A stretch of 19,504 bases of DNA from Candidatus Sericytochromatia bacterium (GCA_035285125.1 JAYKHR010000094.1:1-19504); one strand, 5' to 3'; shown: positions 6,349 through 15,570, numbered from the stretch's first letter. Made by a program: numbers and translations. Notes: generated from the sequence alone by a model not told the origin.

Positions 6349-7202
6349 CCGCGCCTCCGGGCGACGAGCATCAGGTCGTACCCCGGGTTGATCCGCACCG
6401 CGACGCCGCGCAGCGGCCCGGCCAGGCGGGGCAGCACGGGCACCCCGAGGAGGCTCCCCAGCCGCTCCAGGGCGAAGCCGAGCGTCACCGTCAAGGAGAC
6501 GTAGCGCCGGTCGACCACCTCGAAGCCCGCCTGCCCGAGCAGGCGCCCGAGGTGGTCGGCCCCGAAGAACCAGAGGTGCTCCGGCACCTTGCGCCAGCCG
6601 AGCCAGCGCGCCCCGGAGACCCGTGCAGCCAGGCTCTCGGCATCCGGCGTGGAGAGCGCGAGCCAGCCGCCCGGGGCCAGCACCCGGTGCGCCTCGGCGA
6701 GCACGGCGGCCGGGTCCGGGAGGTGCTCGATCACCTCCCACATCGTCAGCCCGTCGAAGGTGCCCGCCGGGTAGGCGGCCTCGGCCAGCGTCGCGGTGCG
6801 GACAGGCTGGCCGAGCACCTCCCGCGCGTAGCCGGCGGCCCAGGTCGAGGGCTCCACCCCCTCCGCGTCCCGGCCCGCGAGCCGCGCCTGCTCGACGAAG
6901 AAGCCGGCGGCAGCGCCCACGTCGAGCAGACGACGGCCGGGAGGCAGGCGCCGCAGCCTGTCCCGAAAGGTGGCACGCCAGTTCTCGGCCTCGGCAGCGT
7001 AGCGGCCGTAGCCCCGCGCCAACGGGTCCTCGCTGTGGTAGTAGCTCTCGGCATACAGCGCGGCCAGGGTCGCCGCGTCGGGCTGGGGCGCGAGGTGCCG
7101 CACGCCGCAGCCCCCGCACGCCACGATGGCGAAGCCCGCCTCCAGCCGAAAGGGGCGCTTCTCCAGGCCACCGCAGACGCAGCAGGGGGGGGCGACGCTC
7201 AT
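6345..7202 (-). CDS. Class I SAM-dependent methyltransferase with an N-terminal zinc ribbon
   Basis: ATG at 7202 (ATGA overlap). CCVCGG...CGGCG, motif I LLDVGAAAGFF, GVEPS, WEVIEHLPDP, LAPGGWLALSTPD, PEHLWFF. Confidence 0.9.
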   Translation of the reverse strand: MSVAPPCCVCGGLEKRPFRLEAGFAIVACGGCGVRHLAPQPDAATLAALYAESYYHSEDPLARGYGRYAAEAENWRATFRDRLRRLPPGRRLLDVGAAAGFFVEQARLAGRDAEGVEPSTWAAGYAREVLGQPVRTATLAEAAYPAGTFDGLTMWEVIEHLPDPAAVLAEAHRVLAPGGWLALSTPDAESLAARVSGARWLGWRKVPEHLWFFGADHLGRLLGQAGFEVVDRRYVSLTVTLGFALERLGSLLGVPVLPRLAGPLRGVAVRINPGYDLMLVARRRG

Positions 7203-7993
7203 CTGAGCCCCCCCGCGTCCCGGCGGTAGCGACCGACGAGCCGGTGGCCCAGGATCGCCGCCAGCTCGAAGGCCATGTGCCAGATGTCCCGGGCCAGGCG
7301 GACCTTGGAGCCCGGCACGTCCTGCCACTCGACGCCGATGGTGGCGATCGGGTAGCCGCGCAGCCGGGCCACGTGCAGCAGCTCGACGTCGAAGCCGAAG
7401 CCCTGCAGCCGCTGCACGCGGAACAGGTCCTCGGCCACCTCGCGCGTGAAGGCCTTGAGGCCCGCCTGCGTGTCGTGGATGCCGGGCACCACCCACGTGT
7501 GCATCAGCCAGCGCGAGAGCCGCGTGACGAGGCGGCGCGCCGGGCGCTGGTAGCGGGCGATCGAGCCGTCGCGCGACGCGATCGCGACGCCGCTGCCCGC
7601 AGCCAGGGCGGCCAGGAAGGCGTCGAGCTGGCTGAGGGGGTACGACAGGTCCGCGTCCGTGAAGATGCGATAGGCGCCAGACGCAGCCAGCATGCCCTCC
7701 CGCACCGTGGCGCCCTTGCCGCGCCGGGCCTGCCGCGAGAGCACCCGCAGCGTGCAGGGCCCGTGGGGGCCAGCGAAGCGGGCCGCCACGGCCGCCGTGC
7801 CGTCCGTGCAGCCGTCGAGGACCACCAGCACCTCCGAGGCCCATGGCTGGCCCGCCAGGTGGGCCACGACGGCCTCGAGCGTCCGGGCGAGGCGCGCCTC
7901 CTCGTTGTGGGCCGGGATCACGAGGCTGACGTGGGGCGGCCCGCCTGGTCCACCCTGCCGTTCGCTCCCCGCTGGGGCTGCTTCCACGTGCAT
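7199..7993 (-). CDS. GT2 dolichyl/polyprenyl-phosphate beta-glucosyltransferase-like enzyme (no TM anchor)
   Basis: SLVIPAHNEE, LDGCTDGT, RGKGATVREGML, FTDADLS, DTQAGLKAF, FGFDVELL, VEWQDVPGSKV. GGGAG SD upstream. Confidence 0.9.
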   Translation of the reverse strand: MHVEAAPAGSERQGGPGGPPHVSLVIPAHNEEARLARTLEAVVAHLAGQPWASEVLVVLDGCTDGTAAVAARFAGPHGPCTLRVLSRQARRGKGATVREGMLAASGAYRIFTDADLSYPLSQLDAFLAALAAGSGVAIASRDGSIARYQRPARRLVTRLSRWLMHTWVVPGIHDTQAGLKAFTREVAEDLFRVQRLQGFGFDVELLHVARLRGYPIATIGVEWQDVPGSKVRLARDIWHMAFELAAILGHRLVGRYRRDAGGLR

Positions 7994-8092
7994 GCGCTCC
8001 CGGGGCTCCGCCCCGCCTCCATATACCCGTGCATCGACCCTGGCCGGGGCCGCCTTGAGGCCGAGGAGGGTCCGCGCCCGAGGGCAGAGGCG

Positions 8093-8100
8093 GGTATAAT
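8093..8100 (+). promoter_or_regulatory. Consensus -10 box (GG-TATAAT) for the GtrB-like gene
   Basis: Perfect TATAAT at 8095-8100 in a divergent GC-rich gap, 39 nt before the ATG at 8140. Confidence 0.7.
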
Positions 8101-8139
8101 CCGGAGGCCGCCCCGCCGGGGCAGGCCCCCGGCAGGCCC

Positions 8140-9102
8140 ATGGAACCCACCCCCCGTCCCGAGCTCTCCGTCGTCGTGCCCCTCTTCAACGAGGAGGCCA
8201 ACGTCGTCGCGCTCGAGCAGCGCCTGACGGCCGTGCTGACCGGGCTCAACCTGCGCTGGGAGGTGGTGCTCGTCAACGACGGCAGCGTCGACGGCACGGC
8301 CGCCCTCCTCGATGGGCTCTGCACGCGGGACACCCGCTACAAGGCGCTCCACCTGACGCGCAACTTCGGCCACCAGGCGGCGGTGTCGGCCGGCCTCGAC
8401 CACGCCGAGGGCGACACCGTGGCCGTCCTCGACGCGGATCTGCAAGACCCCCCCGAGGTGCTCGGGGCCATGCGCGCGCGCTGGGCGGAGGGCTACCACG
8501 TCGTGTACGGCGTGCGCCGCAAGCGCAAGGAGTCGTGGGCCAAGCGCGCGAGCTACTGGCTGTACTACCGGGTGTTGCGCCTGAGCTCCTCGCTGGAGAT
8601 CCCGCTCGACGCGGGCGATTTCTCGCTGATGGATCGCCGCGTCGTGCTCGCGCTCAGGGCCATGCCGGAGCGCAACCGCTTCGTGCGTGGCATCCGCCAC
8701 TGGGTCGGCTTCCGGCAGGTGGGCCTCCCGTACGAGCGGGACGCGCGCCACGCGGGCGAGGCCAAGTACACGCTGCGCAAGCTCGTCCGGCTCGCGCTCG
8801 ATGGCCTGATCGCCTTCTCAGATGCGCCCTTGCGGCTCGCGATCTACCTCGGGATGCTGTTCGCGCTGAGCAGCTTCGTGCTCGCCGTCGGCTTCGTGGT
8901 GATCAAGCTGACGCTCGACGTGGAGCCGCGGGGCTGGACCTCCACCGTGATCCTGATGCTGTTCATCGGCGGGGTCCAGCTGCTGACGCTCGGCATCATC
9001 GGCGAGTACATCAGCCGCATCTACGACGAGGTCAAGCGTCGCCCGGTGTACCTGGTGGCGCAGCGGGTGAACCTGGCGTCCCCCCCGGAGCGCGACGCCT
9101 GA
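8140..9102 (+). CDS. GT2 undecaprenyl-phosphate glycosyltransferase (GtrB/CsbB/ArnC family)
   Basis: SVVVPLFNEE, VNDGSVDGT, LTRNFGHQAAVSAGL, LDADLQDPPE, GDFSLMDRRV, MPERNRFVRG, two C-terminal TMs, LGIIGEYISRIYDEVKRRPVY. Confidence 0.95.
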   Translation: MEPTPRPELSVVVPLFNEEANVVALEQRLTAVLTGLNLRWEVVLVNDGSVDGTAALLDGLCTRDTRYKALHLTRNFGHQAAVSAGLDHAEGDTVAVLDADLQDPPEVLGAMRARWAEGYHVVYGVRRKRKESWAKRASYWLYYRVLRLSSSLEIPLDAGDFSLMDRRVVLALRAMPERNRFVRGIRHWVGFRQVGLPYERDARHAGEAKYTLRKLVRLALDGLIAFSDAPLRLAIYLGMLFALSSFVLAVGFVVIKLTLDVEPRGWTSTVILMLFIGGVQLLTLGIIGEYISRIYDEVKRRPVYLVAQRVNLASPPERDA

Positions 9103-11422
9103 GCCAGCCGAGGGCGCCGAGCCCGAGGAGGGTGGCGCCGCTGACGGCCAGGCCGAGGCGCCAGCCCGGGGCCTCGTAGGTCAGCGCGATGCGGTGGGCG
9201 CCCGCGGGCACCACCACGCCGAGCAACCCGCCGTCGACCGGCACCAGGAAGGCCTCCGGCGGCGAGGCCACCTTCCACCCCACCGCCTGGCGGACAGAGG
9301 CGACCACCAGGCCCGGGCCCGAACCCGCCGTCTCGAGCAGGAGGGTGTTGCCCGACTCGCGCACGAGGCTGGCCGTGCCGCCCGTCCAGCCAGCCTGCCC
9401 CGGCACGGGGTCGGTGGCCAGCGCCTCCTCGCGCGGGTCGAAGGGGGTGCGCCCGGCGAGGTGGTCCTGGACGGAAGCGGCTGGCACGACCTTGAGCCTC
9501 GCGACCCGCCAGGCCCGCGGCAGCGCCCGGGTGTTCTCGAAGACCGAGACGCCCGGGGCCTGCCCACGGGGCTGCCAGCGCGGGGGAGCAAGGGCCGCCA
9601 GGTGCCTGCGGTCGCCGACGAGCCGGGCATCGAGCAGCACGTAGCGGCAGGCCAGCAGGTCGAGGGCCTGGTGGCTCGGGGCGAGCGGGGCGAGGCTGGC
9701 CAGGCCTCCGAACGAGTACATGCCGCCCAGCATCGCCGCATGGCGCCGGTCGATGAAGGCGTCGTAGCCCCCCACGTGGCGCACGCCGGCGGCCGCCCCC
9801 CAGTTCGGCAGCCTGAGCGCGGCGATGGTGGCGGGGGCGTCATAGGGGTAAATCGGGTCGGGGTGAAGGGCCAGCACCCGCTCGAGGCCCAGGCCCGCCA
9901 CCGGGGCGGGCGCCGGCAGGGCGCTTGGCGGCAGGGATCGGGCGCGCCAGGCCACGACCTCCCCGTAGAGGGCGAGGTCCACGGCCAGCCACGCGCAGGT
10001 CCAGGCCACCACGGCGGTCGGTCGCCGGGCGAGCGCCAGGGCCGCGATCAGGCCGAGCGCGAGCACCGTCGGGAGCCAGAGCGCGGGCTGGTGGGGCTGC
10101 CAGAACGTGGCGAGGTGCGTGGCCGGCGGCACGTGGGGCGCCAGGCGCGCGGCGTAGTGCCCCCCCCACACCGAGATGGCGAGCCAGGCGACGGGCGCGG
10201 GGGCCAGCACCCCGCCGGCCAGCCAGGCCCGCTGCCCACGCGTCAGGGTGGCGAGGCGCCCCAGCCCGAGGCCGGCGAGCACTGCGAGGCACAAGGAGAG
10301 CTCCAGGGCGTGGCGCACGCAGTAGGCGATCGCGCGGTACATCGGCACCTGGATGAGCACCGGGTTGACCGGCGTGTGGTTGCCGAGCGTCAGCAGCCCC
10401 GCGAAAAGGCAGGCGGCGCCCCAGAAGGCCGCCAGGGGGTGGCGCCCCCGCGGCAGCAGCGCCGCCGCCGCCAGCACCAGGGTGGCGAGGCCGGCGTAGA
10501 TCTGGGACTCGACGCGCGCGGGCCCGCCCCAGTGGAGGGAGGGCACGAGGGCGGAGGGCCACCCGCCGAACAGCGCGGGCACCCAGAGGGTGGCGAGCTT
10601 GTAGGGCGGCAGCGACGCGCTCAGATCGGCCGGGTTCGGCGCGGTGGCGGCGAGGCGCTGGGTCTCGGGCACCCAGGCGAGCATCGGCAGCAGCTGAACA
10701 GCCCCGAGCCCTGCGCCCGCGACGAGCAGGCCCACCGCCCTCGCGAGGAAGCGCGCGCGCCCCCCCGCAGGCCCCAGCCAGGCCAGCATGGCGGCGTAGG
10801 CCACCACGAGCGGCAGGGGAAACACGACCATGTGGGGGTGCCCCGCCAGGACGGCCAGGCCGAGGGCCGCCGCCCCGGCGGCGAGGTGGCGCCAGGCCCC
10901 CGTCGCGGCAAGGCGGTGCAGCGCAGCGAGGACCCAGGGCAAGAGGGCGGCGCCGTGCAGCATCTGGACGTTCTCCAGGTGGGCCACCACGAAGCCGCTC
11001 GCGGCGTAGACGGCGGCGGCGACCAGCGCGCCGGCCCGCCCGACCCCGTGGGCGCGCGCGAGCCACGCCGTGCCGGCCCCGGCCAGCCAGACCCCCCCCA
11101 CCGTGGCGAGGGCCAGCGCCCAGGCGGGGGGCAGCAGCAGGAAGCCCCAGTTCAGGGGAAAGCCCACCCCGACGTGCATGGTGGCGAGCAGCGGCTGCCC
11201 CGCGAACGACCAGGGGTTCCAGAACGGGACCTCGCCTGCCCGCAGGGCCTCCGCCGCGAGGACGCGGAGCGGCAGGTCCTGGTGCAGGGCATCCCCGAAG
11301 GCCGGCACGTGGCCCGCCAGCAAGGCGGGGGCGAACATCGCGAGCACCAGCAGCAGCCAGAGGCCCCAGACCGGGGCCAGGGGCCAGGTGGCGCCAGCCA
11401 GGGGCTCAGGGGCCCTCGCCAT
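9032..11422 (-). CDS. YfhO-family GT-C membrane glycosyltransferase (paralogue 2)
   Basis: ATG at 11422 overlaps the upstream TGA (TGATG). FGDALHQDLP, GEVPFWNPWSFAGQPLLA, AVQLLP, GGYDAF, ENTRALPRAW, YEAPGWRLGLAVS. 796 aa, multi-TM. Confidence 0.87.
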   Translation of the reverse strand: MARAPEPLAGATWPLAPVWGLWLLLVLAMFAPALLAGHVPAFGDALHQDLPLRVLAAEALRAGEVPFWNPWSFAGQPLLATMHVGVGFPLNWGFLLLPPAWALALATVGGVWLAGAGTAWLARAHGVGRAGALVAAAVYAASGFVVAHLENVQMLHGAALLPWVLAALHRLAATGAWRHLAAGAAALGLAVLAGHPHMVVFPLPLVVAYAAMLAWLGPAGGRARFLARAVGLLVAGAGLGAVQLLPMLAWVPETQRLAATAPNPADLSASLPPYKLATLWVPALFGGWPSALVPSLHWGGPARVESQIYAGLATLVLAAAALLPRGRHPLAAFWGAACLFAGLLTLGNHTPVNPVLIQVPMYRAIAYCVRHALELSLCLAVLAGLGLGRLATLTRGQRAWLAGGVLAPAPVAWLAISVWGGHYAARLAPHVPPATHLATFWQPHQPALWLPTVLALGLIAALALARRPTAVVAWTCAWLAVDLALYGEVVAWRARSLPPSALPAPAPVAGLGLERVLALHPDPIYPYDAPATIAALRLPNWGAAAGVRHVGGYDAFIDRRHAAMLGGMYSFGGLASLAPLAPSHQALDLLACRYVLLDARLVGDRRHLAALAPPRWQPRGQAPGVSVFENTRALPRAWRVARLKVVPAASVQDHLAGRTPFDPREEALATDPVPGQAGWTGGTASLVRESGNTLLLETAGSGPGLVVASVRQAVGWKVASPPEAFLVPVDGGLLGVVVPAGAHRIALTYEAPGWRLGLAVSGATLLGLGALGWLRRRAPGGTPGSPAAPPGTPGDA

Positions 11423-13827
11423 CAGGCGTCCCCCCGGCGCCGGCGCCAGCCCAGCAGCCCCCACGCCAGCCACGTCCCGAACGCGAGCGCGGAGGCCAGC
11501 CCGGCGGCGTGCCAGTGGGGCGGCCTGTAGACCAGGGTGAAGCGCTGGTGGCCCGCGGGCACGGGCACGCCCAGCACCAGCCCGTAGGCGCGCACCACGG
11601 GGTGCTCGGGCAGCGTTCCGAGCGCGAGGCCCAGCTCGACGGCGGGCGTGAAGCCGCCCAGCTGCGCCGCCGGCGGCGGGGCGGCCAGCGCCCGCCAGCC
11701 GGCCGCGTGGCCCTCGGACACCACCACGAACCCCGGGCCGGCGCCGTCCGTCTCGACCTCGAGCAGGCCGAAGCCCCGCGTGACGACGTGCACCGGGCCA
11801 GGCGAGAGCGCCTGCGCGGCCACGCCAGGCCCCTCGACCAGGGCCTCACGCCGGGGTTCGAGGCCTGGATCGGCCGTGACGCGCGCGTCGAGGGCGGCCG
11901 ACGGCAACGCCCGCAGCAGGGTGGGCCGCCAGCCACGGGGCAGGGCCCGCGCGTTGCGGTGGCGCACCACCGGGCCCTCCTCACCGAGGCGCTGCCAGCG
12001 GGGGCCAGCCAGGGCTGCGGCCCAGGCCGGCTCGGCGGCCATGGGCCGCGCGAGACGCACCGTCTCGCACTGCAGCACGTCGAGGCCATGGTGGCCGGGC
12101 AGCAGCACGGCAGGCCCAGCCGCCATCCTCCCCCCCATCGCCATGTGCCCCATCAGGCCGGCGTACCGCGCCGGCACGATGGGCTCGTAGCCGTTCACGG
12201 CCCGCACGGCTTCGAGGGCGCTGGTCTGCGGGTACTGCACCGCCAGCGTGGCGGCCACGTCGTGGTAGGGGTAGGGCTTGGCCGGGAGGGGCAGCACGCG
12301 GGGGCGGTCGTGCGGGCGCGGCGGGCCGGCGAGGGCCACCTGCGAGGCTGACGGCAGCTGCCGGCGCCAGCCCTGGTGCCAGCCGACGAGCCAGAGGTCC
12401 CCCGCGAGCACGGCCACGAGGCCGGCCCCCAGCAGCGGCCGGGGCCACCGCGCCAGCAGCGCCAGTGCGCCGGCGGAGGCCACCAGCGTCCCGAGCGGCA
12501 CCCAGCACCAGGCCCCGCCGGGGTGAAGCGCCGTGGCGACGTCGAGCCCGGCCGGGGCAAACGGCTGCCAGCGCGCCGCGAGGGCCTCCCGACCGACGGC
12601 CACGGCGAGCGTGACGACCGCCATCGCCCCGCCCACGGCGGCCACGGCGAGCCGCACCGCCCGCCGGCGGGGCCCCGCAGGCGCCGCCAGCAGCCACGTG
12701 GCCCCCAGCCCTGCGAGCACGGCCAGCGCCAGGTCGAGCTCGAGCAGGTGCCGCCCGGGGACGCGCACCATCCGGAGCACGGGCAGCTCGTGCCAGAGCC
12801 GGTACACCGGCGTCTGGCCCCCGAGCGCGAGCAGGCCGCTCACCAGCGCGATCGCCGACCAGGCACGCACCAGGCCGTCCCGCCAGGCACCCCAGGCCAC
12901 GCCGGCGAGCATCAGGGTGCCAAGCCCCGCGTAGCCCATCAGCTCGTCCCGCCAGGGCCCCTTGCCCCAGAACGGCACGGAGAACGGGCCGTCCGGGATC
13001 GTGCCGAACATGTAGGGGAACAGCAGGGCCGGCACCTCCCGCAGCGGCACGGCGTCATCGACGAGCTCGGCGTAGCTCATGGAGCCTCGCGAGCTCTCGG
13101 CCATCAGCGCCACCGTGGGCACCAGCTGGACGGCGGCGAGGCCGAGGCCGAGGACGGCGGCCGCGACGAGGGCGACCAGCACGGGGCGGCCCGCCGCCCC
13201 CCGCTGCCACGCCCGCCAGAGCGTGTAGGGCACGAGCATCAAGGCCGTCATCACCACCGTCTGGGGGTAGCCGGCGAAGACCTGCAACGCGAGCACCGGT
13301 GGGACGGCCAGCACATGCCGCAAGCCACGGCCCTGCAGGGCCCGCTCGACGAGCCAGAACAGCACCGGGATGAGGCCTGCCGCCTGCAGCATGGTGATGT
13401 GCTCGAGGTGCGCGACCATGTACCCCGAGCCCACGAAGGCGAGCCCCGCCACGAGCAGGCCCAGCGGCGCGAGCCCGATGGCCCGCCCGTAGAGCCAGAC
13501 CCCGAGGCCGGCGACCCAGTAGGCCAGGAGCACCGTGAGGTTCATCGCGGCGCCCGCCGGCAGCACCAGGAAGGTCCAGTTGCCCGGGAAGAAGACCCCG
13601 GCCTGGATCACGGCCAGCAGCGGCATGCCGCCGAACTGGAAGGGGTGCCAGAAGGGCCACTGCCCCGCCTGCCACGCGCTCGCGATCACGGCACGCTGCG
13701 GCAGGTACATCCCGATGCCGTCCGAGGGTGCCAGCACCTGGCCATCGAGCACGGCCGGCCCGAAGAGCAGCAGGGGCCAGGCGAGGATCAAGAGCAGCGC
13801 CACGAGGGCCGAGGTCGGGAAGCGCAC
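11422..13827 (-). CDS. YfhO-family GT-C membrane glycosyltransferase (paralogue 1)
   Basis: GTG at 13827 (MRFPTSALVALL). PSDGIGMYLP, GQWPFWHPFQFGGMPLLA, AVQLVP, NGYEPI, RNARALPRGW, YRPPHWHAAGLAS. 801 aa. The ORF-track extension to 14169 overlaps the upstream gene. Confidence 0.87.
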   Translation of the reverse strand: MRFPTSALVALLLILAWPLLLFGPAVLDGQVLAPSDGIGMYLPQRAVIASAWQAGQWPFWHPFQFGGMPLLAVIQAGVFFPGNWTFLVLPAGAAMNLTVLLAYWVAGLGVWLYGRAIGLAPLGLLVAGLAFVGSGYMVAHLEHITMLQAAGLIPVLFWLVERALQGRGLRHVLAVPPVLALQVFAGYPQTVVMTALMLVPYTLWRAWQRGAAGRPVLVALVAAAVLGLGLAAVQLVPTVALMAESSRGSMSYAELVDDAVPLREVPALLFPYMFGTIPDGPFSVPFWGKGPWRDELMGYAGLGTLMLAGVAWGAWRDGLVRAWSAIALVSGLLALGGQTPVYRLWHELPVLRMVRVPGRHLLELDLALAVLAGLGATWLLAAPAGPRRRAVRLAVAAVGGAMAVVTLAVAVGREALAARWQPFAPAGLDVATALHPGGAWCWVPLGTLVASAGALALLARWPRPLLGAGLVAVLAGDLWLVGWHQGWRRQLPSASQVALAGPPRPHDRPRVLPLPAKPYPYHDVAATLAVQYPQTSALEAVRAVNGYEPIVPARYAGLMGHMAMGGRMAAGPAVLLPGHHGLDVLQCETVRLARPMAAEPAWAAALAGPRWQRLGEEGPVVRHRNARALPRGWRPTLLRALPSAALDARVTADPGLEPRREALVEGPGVAAQALSPGPVHVVTRGFGLLEVETDGAGPGFVVVSEGHAAGWRALAAPPPAAQLGGFTPAVELGLALGTLPEHPVVRAYGLVLGVPVPAGHQRFTLVYRPPHWHAAGLASALAFGTWLAWGLLGWRRRRGDA

Positions 13828-13833
13828 CGGGCC

Positions 13834-13839
13834 ATTATA
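13834..13839 (-). promoter_or_regulatory. Consensus -10 box (TATAAT) of a probable leaderless yfhO-like transcript
   Basis: Minus strand reads CCGTATAAT-GGCCCG-GTG, so the hexamer is 6 nt from the start codon. Confidence 0.72.
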
Positions 13840-13856
13840 CGGCCCCTCGGCGGGCC

Positions 13857-15446
13857 TCACGGCAGCGGTCCCCGGCCGAGCCTGAGCTCGTGCACCACCG
13901 GCGACCCGAGCGGCCGGGAAACCAGCGCCCGCCCCGCGTGCTCGCGCGCGTAAGTGGCAAGGAGGGCCACGTGGGCGGGCGAGGCCACGAGCCGCACGGG
14001 TTCGCCAGCTTGCAGGCGTTGCCACCACGAGCGGCCGAGCCCGTCGCGATCCGCTGCTGCCACGTTGGGCAGGATGCACGGCCAGCCGAGCGGGGTGTAG
14101 CGCCGTGCGAGCAGCTGTGGCTCGCGCTCGAGCACGCGGTAGGCGTTGTGGAAGGGAAAGTCCGCCCACACCAGGTACCGCACGACGGGATCAAGCTGCA
14201 TCACGAGGGCCCGGGCCTGCCGCAGTTGCGGCTCGCGGGCCAGCCTGGCGCCCCCTTCCAGCGTCAGCGCCGCGCCGGCCGCGAGCACGAGCACGCCGAC
14301 CAGCACCCTGCGACCCGCCGCCTCGGGCGTCAGCGCGCGACAGGCCTCCAGCACCGCGCAGGCAGCAAGGAGCGCCACGGGCGCAAAGGCCACCCGGGGG
14401 GGCATCGGGCGCCCGAGCACCACCAGCGCCAGGCAGGCGCCGCCGAGCAACGCCAGGCCGACCAGGAGGCGGCGCCGGCCCCGACCGGCCAGCAGGCCCC
14501 CCACGCCCAGCACCGCCAGCAGCGGCCACAGGGGGCGGTGCGTCCAGACGTCGAGGCTCTCGGGCAGCAGGGCCAAGTTCCCCTGCAGGTAGGCCCCCCA
14601 CGCCATCCCCCGCTCGCCCCAGCGCATCCCGCCCAGGGCGTTCACGGCCGGATCGGCGTGGAAGTAGGCGGCAAGGAGCGCCAGGTCGTTGGCCGAGGCG
14701 CCGTGCGCGGCCAGCACCTCGGGCCGCGCGGCGAGGTAGGGGCCAACGTGGTAGTCGCACACGGCCAGGGCCAAGGAGGCGGCATAGGCCTGGCGGGCGG
14801 CCCAGGCAGGGTCGGCGTGGACCCACGCGTCCAGCGCGCCGCCGCAGGCGAGCAGGGCAGCCGCCCCCAGCACCCAGCCCCGCTCGCGCGCGTCCCCGAC
14901 CCAGGCCCGCCAGGGCAGCCAGGGCGTCGCGAGCGCGGCCACGAGGGCCGCCTCGATCGGCCGCAGGCAGGCGCCTGTCAGCAGCAGGCCCCACCCCCCC
15001 AGGCGCCTCCAACCCGCCCCCGCCCCCGGCGCCACGGCGAGCAGCAGCACCCCTGCCACCGCGGCCATCCCGGCGAGCACGGTGAACTGCGGCTGGGCCA
15101 GCGGCCGGGCGAACAGCAACACGGCGAGGGCCCAGGCCCCCGCGGCTGGAAGGGTCGCGTGCCTCAGCGCCACCCAGGTGCCCGCGGCGGCGACGCCGAG
15201 GGCCACGAGGATCGCGACGCCGTAGGAGACCACGCCGAGCCAGGGGGCCAGCCCGTGGACGAGCCAGGCCCAGGCCAGGCTCCCGAAGGGGTAGTAGACG
15301 AGGCCCTGGGCGGCCACGCCCCAGCCGAGCATGCCCATCGCGGCGACGGGGTCGTCAGGGGTCTCCCAGGTGGGGTCGATCGCGGCGATCCAGCCCGCCC
15401 AGACAGCGACCCCCAGGCCCACCCCCCACAGCCTCGCCCGTGCCAT
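13857..15446 (-). CDS. Hypothetical polytopic membrane protein with GT-C-like architecture
   Basis: GGAGG SD 3 nt before the ATG. TM1 is followed by the acidic loop WETPDD, then about 10 TMs, one large loop and a C-terminal soluble domain. 529 aa. Confidence 0.65.
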   Translation of the reverse strand: MARARLWGVGLGVAVWAGWIAAIDPTWETPDDPVAAMGMLGWGVAAQGLVYYPFGSLAWAWLVHGLAPWLGVVSYGVAILVALGVAAAGTWVALRHATLPAAGAWALAVLLFARPLAQPQFTVLAGMAAVAGVLLLAVAPGAGAGWRRLGGWGLLLTGACLRPIEAALVAALATPWLPWRAWVGDARERGWVLGAAALLACGGALDAWVHADPAWAARQAYAASLALAVCDYHVGPYLAARPEVLAAHGASANDLALLAAYFHADPAVNALGGMRWGERGMAWGAYLQGNLALLPESLDVWTHRPLWPLLAVLGVGGLLAGRGRRRLLVGLALLGGACLALVVLGRPMPPRVAFAPVALLAACAVLEACRALTPEAAGRRVLVGVLVLAAGAALTLEGGARLAREPQLRQARALVMQLDPVVRYLVWADFPFHNAYRVLEREPQLLARRYTPLGWPCILPNVAAADRDGLGRSWWQRLQAGEPVRLVASPAHVALLATYAREHAGRALVSRPLGSPVVHELRLGRGPLP

Positions 15447-15570
15447 AAGCCTCCCCAGGCAGCGAGGGGACCAGCCGGCAGCGCCCGCGCTCCACGCGCT
15501 TCATACCCTCTGGCGCCGCCCTCATGGCCCCGGGCCGCAGGCCGCCACCGGGTCCGACAGCAACCCATCG

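Noticed and set aside
5389..8333. Long N-terminal extensions in the ORF track (to 6031, 7119 and 8333) suggesting fusions or frameshifts
   Set aside because: Each real gene starts at an ATGA/GTGA overlap with the previous stop. The extensions are off-frame readings of the upstream gene.
9032..11433. Both YfhO paralogues end in GDA-stop, a possible C-terminal signal
   Set aside because: In paralogue 2 these codons are forced by the antisense conserved VKRRP motif of the GT2 gene, so this is most likely coincidence.
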